Positions 1 through 9,738 of a stretch of 64,000 bases of DNA are shown piece after piece. Made by a program: the position numbers and the translations under genes. The number at the start of each line of letters is the position of its first letter. Positions within the stretch are counted from its first letter, which is position 1. Under the pieces are notes generated by a model, which was given only the letters and a program-made list of their open reading frames with translations, was not told the DNA's origin and searched no databases. Origin of the DNA: Planctomycetota bacterium (GTDB taxonomy: Bacteria > Planctomycetota > UBA1135 > UBA2386); NCBI GenBank assembly GCA_965228735.1, contig OZ245838.1, positions 640,001-704,000 of the forward strand. The letters are read 5' to 3'.

Positions 1-1
1 C

Positions 2-538
2 CGAGTTGACCAGCTGCGGAAGTTCGTCGACGGTGCGGGATTCACCGAGGGCAACGACACTTCGGTTGAGGCCCTTGGTGCCGGTCTGCTCTTCGCCAGC
101 CAACTGCCCTGGGTGGCGCGGAATCGCGTGTTGGTCTGCGTCGGCGACCATGCGTCCCACGGATACGCGCAGGAGTTCGTTCCCGAGTTCGCAGGAGACC
201 ACGACTCTATCGATCTCTGCGAGTTCGGCATGACTCATGAACGCATCCTCGCTTGTTTGAGTGGGGCCAAGATTCGCTGCTTCATGGTTCGGTGTGGGAG
301 GGATGCTCCGGCGGAGAAGCAATACCGTGACATCGCGAGCAAGACCGGTGGGCGGTTCGTCGACTTCCAGAACGTGGAGGAGGGCGATGGTCTGATCGCC
401 GCCGTCGAGGCGGCGGTGGCGGAGTCGCTGGGAGGCTCTGCGGTGGCGCTCCTCGAGAGGAAACGCAGCGATGGCCAGATCTCCGACCAGTCCGCGGTCG
501 CCTTGCTCGAGGCGTTTAGAGGGAAGGAGCAGTCGTGA
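2..538 (+). CDS. VWA-domain protein, 5'-truncated by the window edge
   Basis: Frame open from base 2: ...GFTEGNDTSVEALGAGLLFASQLPWVARNRVLVCVGDHASHG...YRDIASKTGGRF, resembling the C-terminal half of a VWA domain. Confidence 0.6.
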   Translation, partial: RVDQLRKFVDGAGFTEGNDTSVEALGAGLLFASQLPWVARNRVLVCVGDHASHGYAQEFVPEFAGDHDSIDLCEFGMTHERILACLSGAKIRCFMVRCGRDAPAEKQYRDIASKTGGRFVDFQNVEEGDGLIAAVEAAVAESLGGSAVALLERKRSDGQISDQSAVALLEAFRGKEQS

Positions 539-1953
539 CGCTGCTGCAGGAGCGATTGATGCGTCCGGAGGTGCGCTACGCGAAAGCGCCTCCGCCGCCG
601 GTGTGGGGCGTGGACGAGCGGCGGCGCATGGTGTCGTCGCTGCTCGTCGCCGCTTCGGTGTTCATCTACGGGTGTGTGTTCGGATGCACGCCCTTCCTGG
701 AAGTGGTTGCGAACGGCATTCTGTGGGGTATGGCTACCAATGTTGCGTTCCGGGCGAAGACCGCTGTGATCGTGGTCGCGGCTCTCGCCATCGTTTTCCT
801 TGTGGTTCGCGCTCTGAATGGCGATCCGGAACTGCCGAATGCGGGCGGCCAAGAGCGCGGTCAGGTTGATGACCCTACGCCGGCGCCGACACCCGCGCCG
901 GATCCCAAGCCAGTGGAGGGAGGCGAGATCGATCCGCTGCTGCGGCGATTCGAGGCGCGTGATAGGTCGTTCCTCGAACGTCTTCTCAGCGGCGACGTGG
1001 GCGTGGTGCGCGACAAGGCCGGTTTGGATTCCGTGCGCGCGTGGATCGAACATGTCCGAGCTGCCCGTCAGCGACTCTCGAAGCGGAAGGCGGAGGTGGC
1101 GCGCCTCAGCTCCTTGCGTGACTTTGTCGAGCATCCAGCTGTTCTCTTCGAGTTGGGGTTGCTCGATGCTTCGAGTCTGCGCCCGCGGCAAGACGAGGGG
1201 CCGAGCATCACCGAAGCCGAGCGCATCGAGCGCGCAATGCGCTCGGGAGCCGAGAGAACGGCACGGAATCACGAGAGCACCGGGCGCAGCTTCACCGTCG
1301 AGATCTTCACGGATGGAACGAGTGACTCGGAGTCTCGCGACGCCTCGGGAGAACCGGTTGGCCGGAAGGGCATGCTGAAGCTCGTCAGCCCGAGGCTGAA
1401 CGGATACACGTTCATCGCTCCGGGGGAATTGGCGAGGATGACGCCCCCCGTGATCGGGTGTGATGCGATTCGCGAAGTGGTCCTGCACTATGTCCGGCAA
1501 ACGGGCGACCAGGAGTTCATGAAGGCATGGAAGGTCGTCACGAGATCGAGGGCGAATCCAAGCAACTTCGTCCGGAAGGTTGATGAAGGGCGCGGCGCGG
1601 ACCTCGACCGGATTGAAGAGGACTGTCTAGGCGGGGAGGTTCCTGCATCTACGGCAAAGCTGCTCGCGAGGTTCTATGAGGCCTACGAGAAGGACATCGA
1701 GGAACTCGAGCACTTCATCACGTGTCAACGATTGGTTGGTGGGCTCGCCTCCGCGACGTTGAAGGAGGCCCATCGGCGAGTCCGTGCGATGGAGGCCTCG
1801 CAACGGGCACGGAGGATCAAACGCAGGCAAAGCGAGAATCGTGGTCCCTACTACGTCAGTAATCGAACTCCCGTCCAGACGATGGAACAGCGAAGGGGGG
1901 TGTTGAGGGCGGCCATCCAAGGGTCTGTTCCGAAGAAGAAGCGAGGTTGGTAG
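535..1953 (+). CDS. hypothetical membrane-anchored protein (island cargo)
   Basis: 472-aa ORF, GTGA overlap with upstream gene, N-terminal hydrophobic segments, Pro-rich linker, soluble C-terminal part with no recognised motif. Confidence 0.65.
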   Translation: MTLLQERLMRPEVRYAKAPPPPVWGVDERRRMVSSLLVAASVFIYGCVFGCTPFLEVVANGILWGMATNVAFRAKTAVIVVAALAIVFLVVRALNGDPELPNAGGQERGQVDDPTPAPTPAPDPKPVEGGEIDPLLRRFEARDRSFLERLLSGDVGVVRDKAGLDSVRAWIEHVRAARQRLSKRKAEVARLSSLRDFVEHPAVLFELGLLDASSLRPRQDEGPSITEAERIERAMRSGAERTARNHESTGRSFTVEIFTDGTSDSESRDASGEPVGRKGMLKLVSPRLNGYTFIAPGELARMTPPVIGCDAIREVVLHYVRQTGDQEFMKAWKVVTRSRANPSNFVRKVDEGRGADLDRIEEDCLGGEVPASTAKLLARFYEAYEKDIEELEHFITCQRLVGGLASATLKEAHRRVRAMEASQRARRIKRRQSENRGPYYVSNRTPVQTMEQRRGVLRAAIQGSVPKKKRGW

Positions 1954-1954
1954 A

Positions 1955-2317
1955 TTGGGTGAACTCTCTCCAGATTCGATGCGTGATGAGGGCGATCGCC
2001 TTCTCCCATCCGTGCCTGATGGTGATGCCGGCGCGCGACACTCCGATGTGATCGCAAGCCTCATGGCTCAGCTCGAAGACACCCTGGAGAAGAAGCTCGA
2101 GGAGATCGAGCAGCGACTGCGTACACGTCCGACCCTGCGAAAGATGTTCACCGAACGCGATCTGTCTGAGCTGCTTCAGTGCGACGTGCGGACCGTCCGT
2201 CGACTGGAGAAGGCCGGCGACCTGCCGCCAGCGATTCGCTTCGGTGGCTCGAAGCGGTGGCGCGTACGCACGATCGAGGAGTGGTTGGATGGCATGTCCG
2301 AGGAGCTGAACCGGTGA
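1955..2317 (+). CDS. AlpA/excisionase-like helix-turn-helix protein (true start may be ATG 1979 or 2063)
   Basis: FTERDLSELLQCDVRTVRRLEKAGDLPPAIRFGGSKRWRVRTIEEWL; directly upstream of and overlapping the integrase start. Confidence 0.8.
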   Translation: MGELSPDSMRDEGDRLLPSVPDGDAGARHSDVIASLMAQLEDTLEKKLEEIEQRLRTRPTLRKMFTERDLSELLQCDVRTVRRLEKAGDLPPAIRFGGSKRWRVRTIEEWLDGMSEELNR

Positions 2318-3681
2318 GAGGCCGCGCAATCGGACGTGGGCGCCTCGTCAGGCGGCGGAACAAACGTGGCACGGTCTACGTGGGAGACTGGAGCGACGCG
2401 AGCGGTAAGCGGCGCCGCCAGGTGCTTTCGACGGATCGGCGGGTCGCCGAGCGTCAACTCGGAGACATCATCCGTCGGCGGGACCTCGAGCTCGCCGGGC
2501 TTGGTCGCGAGGAGTCCCACGACCGCCTGCTCGAAGAGGTTCGGGGACTCTACGAATCCGATCTCGAGCAGAGGGTCAGTGCCGGGCACCTGAGCAACCT
2601 GAAAGGCCGACTGAAGCGCGTGCTCGGGGGACTGCGCGCCAGGCGTGTCTCGGAGTTGCAGACGAGCGACCTGCTCGAGTGGCGTCGCCGGCGCATCGAA
2701 GACGGTGCGTCCAACCGGACCGCGAACCTCGACGTGGCGGCCGTCCAGGGGATGCTGCGGTGGGCGGTCGACTGCGACGTCATCGCATCGAACCCGCTGG
2801 CGAAGCTCAAGCGACTGCCGCAGGGGCAGAAGCACCAGCGCTACCGTCGGCGTGCCCTCACGGAAGCAGAGATCGAACGATTCCTCACGGCCGCGATCGA
2901 GGACGACGCCGAGCAGGCGCGCCACGTGGCGGCCGAACGCACGATCAAGAACGGCACGAAGGGGAGTCGCTACGCCGGCCGCGAGCGCTCGCATCGGGTG
3001 CCGCAGTACCCTCTCTGGCTCGCGCTCGTGGAGACCGGCGCCCGTTGGGGAGCCCTCAGCCAGACCGTCTGGCAGGACCTCGACGAGGAAAGCGCGACGC
3101 TTCGGCTGCGCGCAGAGACGGCAAAGTCAGGTCGCGAACAAACCAACCCCATCCGCAAAGAGCTGGTCCAGGAGCTCGTCGCGCTGCGAGAACTCCAGAC
3201 CGAGCTACTCGGCGACGTGCCCGGGGACGGCGATCGAATCTTCCTGACCCCGCGGGGCGAGCCATGGGGCAAGCAAAGCCGGAACGCGATGCGCATCTTC
3301 GACCGGCTGCTCGACCGCGCCGAGCTCGAGAAGATCGACGCGTCGGGCCAGAAGCTCGACATCCATGCCCTGCGGCACACTTACGGAACGCGACTGCTCC
3401 GTGCCGGCGTTGGCCTGCACCAGGTGCAGAAACTCATGGGCCACAGTTCGCCTGAGCTGACAGCTCGTGTCTACGCGCACCTCGTGTGCGACGATCTGAG
3501 AGACGCGGTCGAACGGTTACCGCGTGGCGGTGGTGGTGGCAGCCGCTCACAGCTCCGCGGACTTCCTGGCACTAAACTGGCACACGGCAAGGGGAGCTTC
3601 GGGCGCGTCGCGCGTAAGTCCCTGGAAGGAATGGAGCGGGTGATCGGGATCGAACCGACGACATTCAGCTTGGGAAGCTGA
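2314..3681 (+). CDS. tyrosine recombinase / phage-type integrase
   Basis: Catalytic motifs TGARWG, HALRHTY, LMGHS...RVY; GTG 2314 overlaps the HTH gene stop (GTGA). Confidence 0.93.
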   Translation: MRGRAIGRGRLVRRRNKRGTVYVGDWSDASGKRRRQVLSTDRRVAERQLGDIIRRRDLELAGLGREESHDRLLEEVRGLYESDLEQRVSAGHLSNLKGRLKRVLGGLRARRVSELQTSDLLEWRRRRIEDGASNRTANLDVAAVQGMLRWAVDCDVIASNPLAKLKRLPQGQKHQRYRRRALTEAEIERFLTAAIEDDAEQARHVAAERTIKNGTKGSRYAGRERSHRVPQYPLWLALVETGARWGALSQTVWQDLDEESATLRLRAETAKSGREQTNPIRKELVQELVALRELQTELLGDVPGDGDRIFLTPRGEPWGKQSRNAMRIFDRLLDRAELEKIDASGQKLDIHALRHTYGTRLLRAGVGLHQVQKLMGHSSPELTARVYAHLVCDDLRDAVERLPRGGGGGSRSQLRGLPGTKLAHGKGSFGRVARKSLEGMERVIGIEPTTFSLGS

Positions 3682-3706
3682 CGTTCTACCACTGAACTAC
3701 ACCCGC
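3632..3706 (-). tRNA. tRNA-Gly (anticodon CCC)
   Basis: Minus strand GCGGGTGTAGTTCAGTGGTAGAACGTCAGCTTCCCAAGCTGAATGTCGTCGGTTCGATCCCGATCACCCGCTCCA folds as a cloverleaf with TTCGA T-loop and encoded CCA. Confidence 0.96.
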
Positions 3707-4774
3707 ATCGGGTCCGGACTCTGCACTCCGGCTCCCTTCGATGCTAGCGCTCGCCTCTCACCTTCGCCAGCGTCACTTGTCACGCCGCACGAAGCGCACC
3801 GTTGGCACGCCCTCGGCCCGCGGCAGATAGGTCACGATGCGTTCCGCACCATCGACCTTCACCCGCACGGTGATCGGGCGGTCGCCGTCGCGGAGGCGTT
3901 CGTAGCTCACGAACTTCTGGCCGTCCTGCAGGCCGGCCTTCTCGGCCGCGGAGCCGGGTTTCACGCCCGCTACTTCGCCCGTGTTGCGCGTCGCCCTGAG
4001 GTCGAAGCCGCGTTCGTAGGGATACACGGTCACGTTCTTCGGCACGAACTCCTCGCCGAACGAGTCCTCGGCGATCGTTGGCGGCTCGCCTTGCACGACG
4101 TGCTTGTCGTAGTCCGCTCGGGCGTCGAGGTCGAACGACTCGAGAAGTTCGAAGAACTGGTCTTCCGTGATGAGGCCATCGCTCTCTTTTGCGAGCTCGA
4201 AGAACTTCTTCAGCACCTCGTACATCGACGAGCCGCGACTGCGGAGCTCGCGATCCTGGCGTAGCGCGATCAGCGGACCTCGAAAGTACGACGTGCGTTC
4301 GACGAAGTTGCTGTAGCCGCCGGCCTTGATCATGTCCTTGACGCCTTCGAGGCTCACGTTGCGCTCCTTGTTCTTCGCCTGTTCCTCGAGGTCCTGGTTG
4401 AAGAACTCGACGTAGCGGTCCTTGGTCACGCGGCCGCTGTCGAGCAGCATGCGGCGGGCGAGATACTCGGTGTAGCCCTCGTGAAACCAGTCGAGGCGGA
4501 ACTCGTCGAGCGTCGTGCCGTTGCGCCAGACGTCGATTGCGCCCGTTCTCGGCAGCCAGTTGTGGAAGAACTCGTGGGCGATCAGGACTTCGAGTTTGGC
4601 GCGTTCGCTGTCGGGTCGGGCGTAGCAGATGAACGCGTCCTGGATCGCGGTGCCCGCGTGGATGCGTTCGCGCGGGAAGATGCTGATCGTGTAGTGGTCG
4701 GCGTCGCTGTCGAAGGGGCCAAACCTTCTCGCCTGGTCGGCGACGATCCGTTTGGTCGTGTTGACGATGGTTTG

Positions 4775-6138
4775 GGGAGTGTGCGATGAACGGTGTATTC
4801 GCGTGACGGCTGGTGGGATCCTCTGACCCGTAGGGAGCCCACCGATGACCCCGAAGAAGAATGACCGCCACCGAATCCCGGACGAGCTGATCGACCAGCT
4901 CCTCGCCAACTACGAGAAGCCAGAAGACCTGACAGGAAAGGACGGCATCCTCAAGGAGCTGACGGCCCGGCTGCTCGGCCGAGCCCTCGAAGGCGAGATG
5001 ACCGAGCACCTCGGCTACGAGAAGCACGCACCGCGTGCCGAGGGCACGAGCAACGCGCGCAACGGATCACGCAGCAAGACGATCAAGGTCGAGGACGGCG
5101 AGCTCGAGATCGAGGTGCCGCGCGATCGCGACAGCACGTTCGAGCCCGAGATCGTCAAGAAGCGCCAGAGACGCTTCGCGGGCTTCGACGAGAAGATCCT
5201 GGCGCTCTACGCCCGCGGCATGACCGTCCGCGACATCCAGGGCCACCTGGAGGAGCTGTACGGCGTCGAGGTCTCGCCATCGCTGATCTCGAGCGCCACG
5301 TCGGCGGTCCACGAAGACGTCCTGGCCTGGCAGAGCCGGCCGCTCGAGCCGGTCTACCCGATCGTCTTCCTCGATGCGCTCGTCGTGAAGGTGCGCGACG
5401 AAAGCGTCGTCCGAAACAAGTCGGTTTACCTGGCGATCGGCGTCACGCTCGACGGCCGCCGCGAAGTCCTCGGGATCTGGATCGAGCAGACGGAGGGCGC
5501 CAAGTTCTGGCTGAAGGTCATGAACGAGCTGAAGACGCGGGGCGTCCAGGACATCCTGATTGCGTGCTGCGATGGCCTGAAGGGCTTCCCGGACGCGATC
5601 GAGCACGTGTTCCCGCAGGCCACCGTGCAGACCTGCATCGTGCACATGATCCGGAACTCGCTGCGCTTCGTCAGCTACAAGGATCGCAAGGCCGTCGCCA
5701 AGGACCTCAAGCCGATCTACACGGCGGCCAACCGTGAAGCCGCCGAGGCAGCGCTGGATGCCTTCGACAAGAAGTGGGGCCGCCGCTACGAGATGATCAC
5801 CTCGTCCTGGCGAGCGAACTGGGAGCGTGTCGTGCCGTTCCTCGACTTCCCGCCCGAGGTCCGGCGCGTGATCTACACGACCAACCAGATCGAGGCGCTC
5901 AACTCGAGCCTGCGCAAGCTGCTGCAGTACCGCGGCCACTTCCCGGACGACAAGTCCGTCACCAAGCTGCTCTACCTCGCGCTGCGTCGCTTCGAGAAGA
6001 AGTGGACGCGTGCGCTCTGGAATTGGAGCGCCGTCCTCGGGCAGCTCGCTATCTTCTTTCAAGGCAGGATACCTGCCCTGTAACCGTGACCTCACTCCGC
6101 CAGCTGGTCGCCGTTTACACCGTTAGCTGCACACTCCC
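4775..6138 (+). mobile_element. complete IS256-family insertion sequence, 1364 bp
   Basis: 23-bp terminal IRs GGGAGTGTGCgatgAACGGTGTA (4775-4797) and 6116-6138 (19/23 identical); 8-bp target duplication ATGGTTTG at 4767-4774 and 6139-6146. Confidence 0.95.
4845..6083 (+). CDS. IS256-family (Mutator-type DDE) transposase
   Basis: 412 aa with VPRDR..FEP, YPIVFLDA, DGLKGF, QTCIVH, IYTTNQIE motifs. Confidence 0.97.
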   Translation: MTPKKNDRHRIPDELIDQLLANYEKPEDLTGKDGILKELTARLLGRALEGEMTEHLGYEKHAPRAEGTSNARNGSRSKTIKVEDGELEIEVPRDRDSTFEPEIVKKRQRRFAGFDEKILALYARGMTVRDIQGHLEELYGVEVSPSLISSATSAVHEDVLAWQSRPLEPVYPIVFLDALVVKVRDESVVRNKSVYLAIGVTLDGRREVLGIWIEQTEGAKFWLKVMNELKTRGVQDILIACCDGLKGFPDAIEHVFPQATVQTCIVHMIRNSLRFVSYKDRKAVAKDLKPIYTAANREAAEAALDAFDKKWGRRYEMITSSWRANWERVVPFLDFPPEVRRVIYTTNQIEALNSSLRKLLQYRGHFPDDKSVTKLLYLALRRFEKKWTRALWNWSAVLGQLAIFFQGRIPAL

Positions 6139-6863
6139 ATGGTTTGGGGCTCGCGCAGGCCGCGCAGGTAGACGCCGACCTTCTTGGTTCCCGAATCGAA
6201 CTGGCCGGGGTAGACGTTGTCGACGCCGACGCGGCCCGCGCCGAAGAACGCGCTCATGTCGCGCTCGCGGCGGTGACAACTCCACGGGCCCGGGCCCGCG
6301 CCGAGGTTGGAGTAGGCGACCCAGCCCTCGGGCGTGCTCGTGACCTCGACGCGGTAGTGCTGCGGCCGCTCTCGATCACGGACCCTGGCGCGCCACTGCT
6401 CGTCGAAGACGTGCAGATGATCCGGGCCCGTCGACGGGCGGTAGGCGTAGCCGTCGTGTTTGGTCGGATCGATCGCGAGGGTGTAGGCGAACGTGAGTTC
6501 GGCGCCCGGCTCGTGCGTGAGCGTGTGCAGCCAGCCCGCGTCGTCGGGCGCGAGCTCGGCGCCGGTCGCGCGCACGTCCTTCGTCATCCGCCACAGCCGC
6601 GGTGTGCCGTAGCGGCAGTTGGGCAGCGCGATGCGGGTCTCGCCGTCCGCGTCGCCGGTCAGCCGCAGCTCGACGTGCAGTTCGGTGCGGTCCGCGGTCG
6701 GGTGCAGCGCGAGGCGGTAGTGCAGATCGGGGGCCTGCTGTTCCTGCGCGGAGGCGAGCTGGCAGCAGGCGAGGGCGAACGCGGCGGTTCGGATCATGGC
6801 GAGTCTCCGGACAGGGTATCGGAGCTCGCCGCCGACGATTCGCGGGCAGGCAGATTGCCCGGG

Positions 6864-6911
6864 CGATGCGGCCCCCGATGCAGTCCCCGATCTGGCCCGC
6901 GATGCAGCCCC
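6864..6911. repeat. degenerate 12-bp tandem repeat x4, intergenic
   Basis: CGATGCGGCCCC / CGATGCAGTCCC / CGATCTGGCCCG / CGATGCAGCCCC. Confidence 0.7.
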
Positions 6912-6935
6912 CCCGCGGACCGCGCCGCCCGCCGA

Positions 6936-8051
6936 TCACTGGAACGTGCCGACGAAGCCGACCACCAGCCCGTAGTAGCCGCTCGGCGACAAAAAGCCCG
7001 TCGGCTGCGAGGTGTAGTTCGAGCGGTGGACCATCTGGGCCGGACCCGGGGGCGGGGTCGCGGCGCCGATGCGGATCTGGTACGCGTTCCTCGACGGCAC
7101 GACCGGGTCGGCCGACGTCGCGAAGCCGACCGCCTGGGTAAACAGCGCGATCCCGACCGCGCTCGCGGTCGCCGGCAGCTGCCAGGTCTGGCTCGCCGCG
7201 GCGCCGGGGACGAGGCTCGTGACCGCGTCGCCGACGTTCCATTGGCAGTTGGGTGCCTGGTAGGCGCCGAGCGCGATCGGGAGCGCGATGCCGCCCGACT
7301 GCTGATTGCCGAGCGATACCGCGTGCAGCACGAACGGGATCGACACGCCGGCGCTCGGCATCGGGGTCTGGCCGACCACGAGCGTGCCGCCGACGACGCC
7401 GTTGCCCTGCACCTGCGCCACGTCGAGCTCGAGTGAACCGCCCGGCGCCGTGCACGCGGCGTCCTCCCAGCTGCGCGAGATCTCGCCGCGGGCCTCGGTC
7501 GCGTGGAAGAAGAACCCGTCCGCGGGCCAGGTGTCCGAGCTGCCGCCGGTGACGGTGATGTCGAGCAGGAGGTTGCCGTTGCTGCGCTGGTAGACGAGCG
7601 GCTGCGACAGCGGGATGTCGACGCTGAACGGGTTGGGGAAGGGCCACTGTCGGGTCGCCATCGGCACCTGCAGCGTGCCCGTGTAGACGTTGGTCGGTAC
7701 GGCGCTGCCGATGTTCGTCAGCCAGTCGTTGCTCATCGTGTCCGGCGTGACGTTGACCTCGTAGGCGTCGACCGTGGCCTGGAACGTCTTGGCGGCCGGC
7801 GCGTCGATGTTGAAGTTGCCGCCGTCGAGCCGCAGTCGGATCGCGTTGATGACGGCGAGGTTCGGGCACAGCTGCGCGCCGTCGACGAGGTACTGCACGC
7901 GCCCCGAGGACCAGCCGAGCGGCGTGCGGGCGGCGCTGGTGCCCTCGAGCGACTCGTAGCCGTTCGGAACGACGCGCAGGGTCTGGGCCGGTGCGATGGC
8001 GCAAAGGAGAGAGCCGAGCAGAGAGATGGACGAAAGTGCGGGGTTGTTCAC
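6936..8051 (-). CDS. secreted hypothetical protein (start approximate)
   Basis: Signal peptide SISLLGSLLCAIAPAQ, beta-rich body, strong GC3 codon bias in this frame. Confidence 0.75.
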   Translation of the reverse strand: MNNPALSSISLLGSLLCAIAPAQTLRVVPNGYESLEGTSAARTPLGWSSGRVQYLVDGAQLCPNLAVINAIRLRLDGGNFNIDAPAAKTFQATVDAYEVNVTPDTMSNDWLTNIGSAVPTNVYTGTLQVPMATRQWPFPNPFSVDIPLSQPLVYQRSNGNLLLDITVTGGSSDTWPADGFFFHATEARGEISRSWEDAACTAPGGSLELDVAQVQGNGVVGGTLVVGQTPMPSAGVSIPFVLHAVSLGNQQSGGIALPIALGAYQAPNCQWNVGDAVTSLVPGAAASQTWQLPATASAVGIALFTQAVGFATSADPVVPSRNAYQIRIGAATPPPGPAQMVHRSNYTSQPTGFLSPSGYYGLVVGFVGTFQ

Positions 8052-8127
8052 ACCGAGCAAGTGCCGGCCGGCCCCGCGGAGTTCCGTTGCTCGGGAACTC
8101 GAGACGCTTCTTCGGCACCATGACCAC

Positions 8128-8919
8128 ATGAAGATTCGCTCCTCGGGCTGGCTCGCACTCGCGCTGGTTGCCTGCTCCATGGCGCCGCCTCCGGCCGCGC
8201 CCGCCACTGTTGCCAGGGGCGAGCTGTGGGCCGCGCTCGACAGCGAGGCGCTGTTCACGATCGCGGGCGGGCTCAAGCCGATGAGCGGCGGGTTCTGGCA
8301 GACCTGGATCGACGTCGCCGCGCCGGACCTCGCCGAGGTGCGCCGCGTGCGCCGCGCGCTCTCGGAGTGGCGCAACGACGAGCTGTGGGCCGACGTGCAC
8401 GTGTTCGACCAGGTGCACGAGGGGCGGCGCGCCGCGGTCGCCTACGTCCTGGACCGGGCCGCCGTCGCGGACCTGCTCGACGAGCACCGCGCGTTCTTCG
8501 CGCCGTATGGACTGGTGCCCGACACCCATCCGGCAGAAGTCGTCGCGGTCGTCGAGCGCATGCCCAAGCTGGATCGGCACCGCGGCCAGGGACTGCTGTT
8601 CGGCTATCCCGAGCACGCGATCGACTTCTTCGTGCGCGCCGAGACAGAACGAGCGCCGGGCGGCAAGCCGTCCGAGCGTCGCTTCATCCAGATCCCGACG
8701 TTCGGCGCCGCCACGGGTCGCTTCGTCTACGCCGTGCCGGCAGATCACGTCGAGGGGCCGGCCGATCGCGAGCTCGCGGCTGCCGCGGCGCGCGTGCTCG
8801 GCCGCTTTCGCGAGCTGCGCGCCGCGTGTCCGCGGCCGGGGCGGGGGCCGGTCGGGGCCGTCGTGGACGTGCTGCGCCGCGAGTTCGCCGGCATCCGGGA
8901 GCCCGCGGCCGCGCGCTAG
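8128..8919 (+). CDS. hypothetical exported protein / possible lipoprotein
   Basis: MKIRSSGWLALALVAC N-terminus; GLLFGYP motif; good codon bias. Confidence 0.7.
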   Translation: MKIRSSGWLALALVACSMAPPPAAPATVARGELWAALDSEALFTIAGGLKPMSGGFWQTWIDVAAPDLAEVRRVRRALSEWRNDELWADVHVFDQVHEGRRAAVAYVLDRAAVADLLDEHRAFFAPYGLVPDTHPAEVVAVVERMPKLDRHRGQGLLFGYPEHAIDFFVRAETERAPGGKPSERRFIQIPTFGAATGRFVYAVPADHVEGPADRELAAAAARVLGRFRELRAACPRPGRGPVGAVVDVLRREFAGIREPAAAR

Positions 8920-9036
8920 CCGGGCGGCTTGCCCGAATCGCGGACTTCGCGCCCGCAGTAGCGGCGGGAATCGCATGGTCGGTCGATTCGATCCGGAATC
9001 CGCGGAACTCGCGGCGTCGGCCGGCACCTACCACGA

Positions 9037-9738
9037 GTGGTGAACGATGACTTCGCGCTGCCGTTGGCGACCCCCACGATCGAGTGTGGTGAGGTCGTCG
9101 ATCTGGCCGGCATCCTCGACCCGAACGTCCACATCGCGATCTGGCGCCGCCCGGCGGACGCGCGGATCACCGGCTTTCTGAACCGCGAGGATTGTGACTT
9201 CGGCAAGTTCTCGCGCTTCGTCGGGCGGGCCTCCGAGATGAACGGCGAGCGCGACATCCAAGACCTCGTGCCGCTCGAAGCGCGGACCGCGGATCGCGCG
9301 GGCATGGCGGCGTTGGCCGCCGACGTGTCCGGGCTGTGCGAGATGTTCACCGAGCTCGTCTCTGCGGACGAGCTCATGGTCTCGCTCGAGAGTCCGGATG
9401 ACGCGACCTGTCCGCGCTTCCACGTCGATCGCGTCGGCATCCGGATGCTCGTGACCTACGTCGGGCCGGGCACCGAGTGGTTGCTGCACGCGCACGTCGA
9501 TCGGCGCTGGCTCGGCGAGGCCGGGCACGGGCGGCCGGACGAGATCAACGGCGTGATGCGGAAGGGGGCCGAGGTGCAGCAGGTCGCGCCGTTCGACGTG
9601 ATCCTGCTCAAAGGTGAGGCCTGGCCCGGCGCCGAGGGTTTCGGCGCCGTGCATCGCTCGCCCGATCCGTTCGGGCAGCCGCGGGTGCTGCTGCGCGTCG
9701 ACATGTTGAGTCAACTGCCGATCGAGGGAGCAAAGTGA
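9037..9738 (+). CDS. DUF1826 family protein
   Basis: [30 protein letters not shown] motifs; typical neighbour of zigA. Confidence 0.85.
   Translation: MVNDDFALPLATPTIECGEVVDLAGILDPNVHIAIWRRPADARITGFLNREDCDFGKFSRFVGRASEMNGERDIQDLVPLEARTADRAGMAALAADVSGLCEMFTELVSADELMVSLESPDDATCPRFHVDRVGIRMLVTYVGPGTEWLLHAHVDRRWLGEAGHGRPDEINGVMRKGAEVQQVAPFDVILLKGEAWPGAEGFGAVHRSPDPFGQPRVLLRVDMLSQLPIEGAK

Larger units (their letters stand above)
1..3681. mobile_element. end of an integrative element/genomic island inserted at tRNA-Gly; other end outside the window
   Basis: Excisionase-like gene plus integrase abutting the tRNA 3' end; more A/T-ending codons than flanking backbone; CTGGCAC direct repeat at 3566 and 3577 resembling arm-type sites. 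Confidence 0.8.
3773..6797 (-). pseudogene. secreted M61/M1-like zinc aminopeptidase with C-terminal PDZ-like domain, interrupted by IS256
   Basis: 5' part (6797 to ~6139) has a signal peptide; 3' part has HEFFHNW and WFHEGYTEY plus VKPGSAAEKAGL; removing the IS and one target copy restores a 550-codon frame (...GLREPQT-IVNTTKR...). Confidence 0.88.

Noticed and set aside
3773..4909. 378-aa ORF as an intact gene
   Set aside because: Its first ~45 codons lie inside the IS; it is the 3' half of the disrupted peptidase
8920..9036. Zur box or riboswitch upstream of DUF1826-zigA
   Set aside because: Only short GAATC/GATTC palindromes; no match to a motif I can recognise
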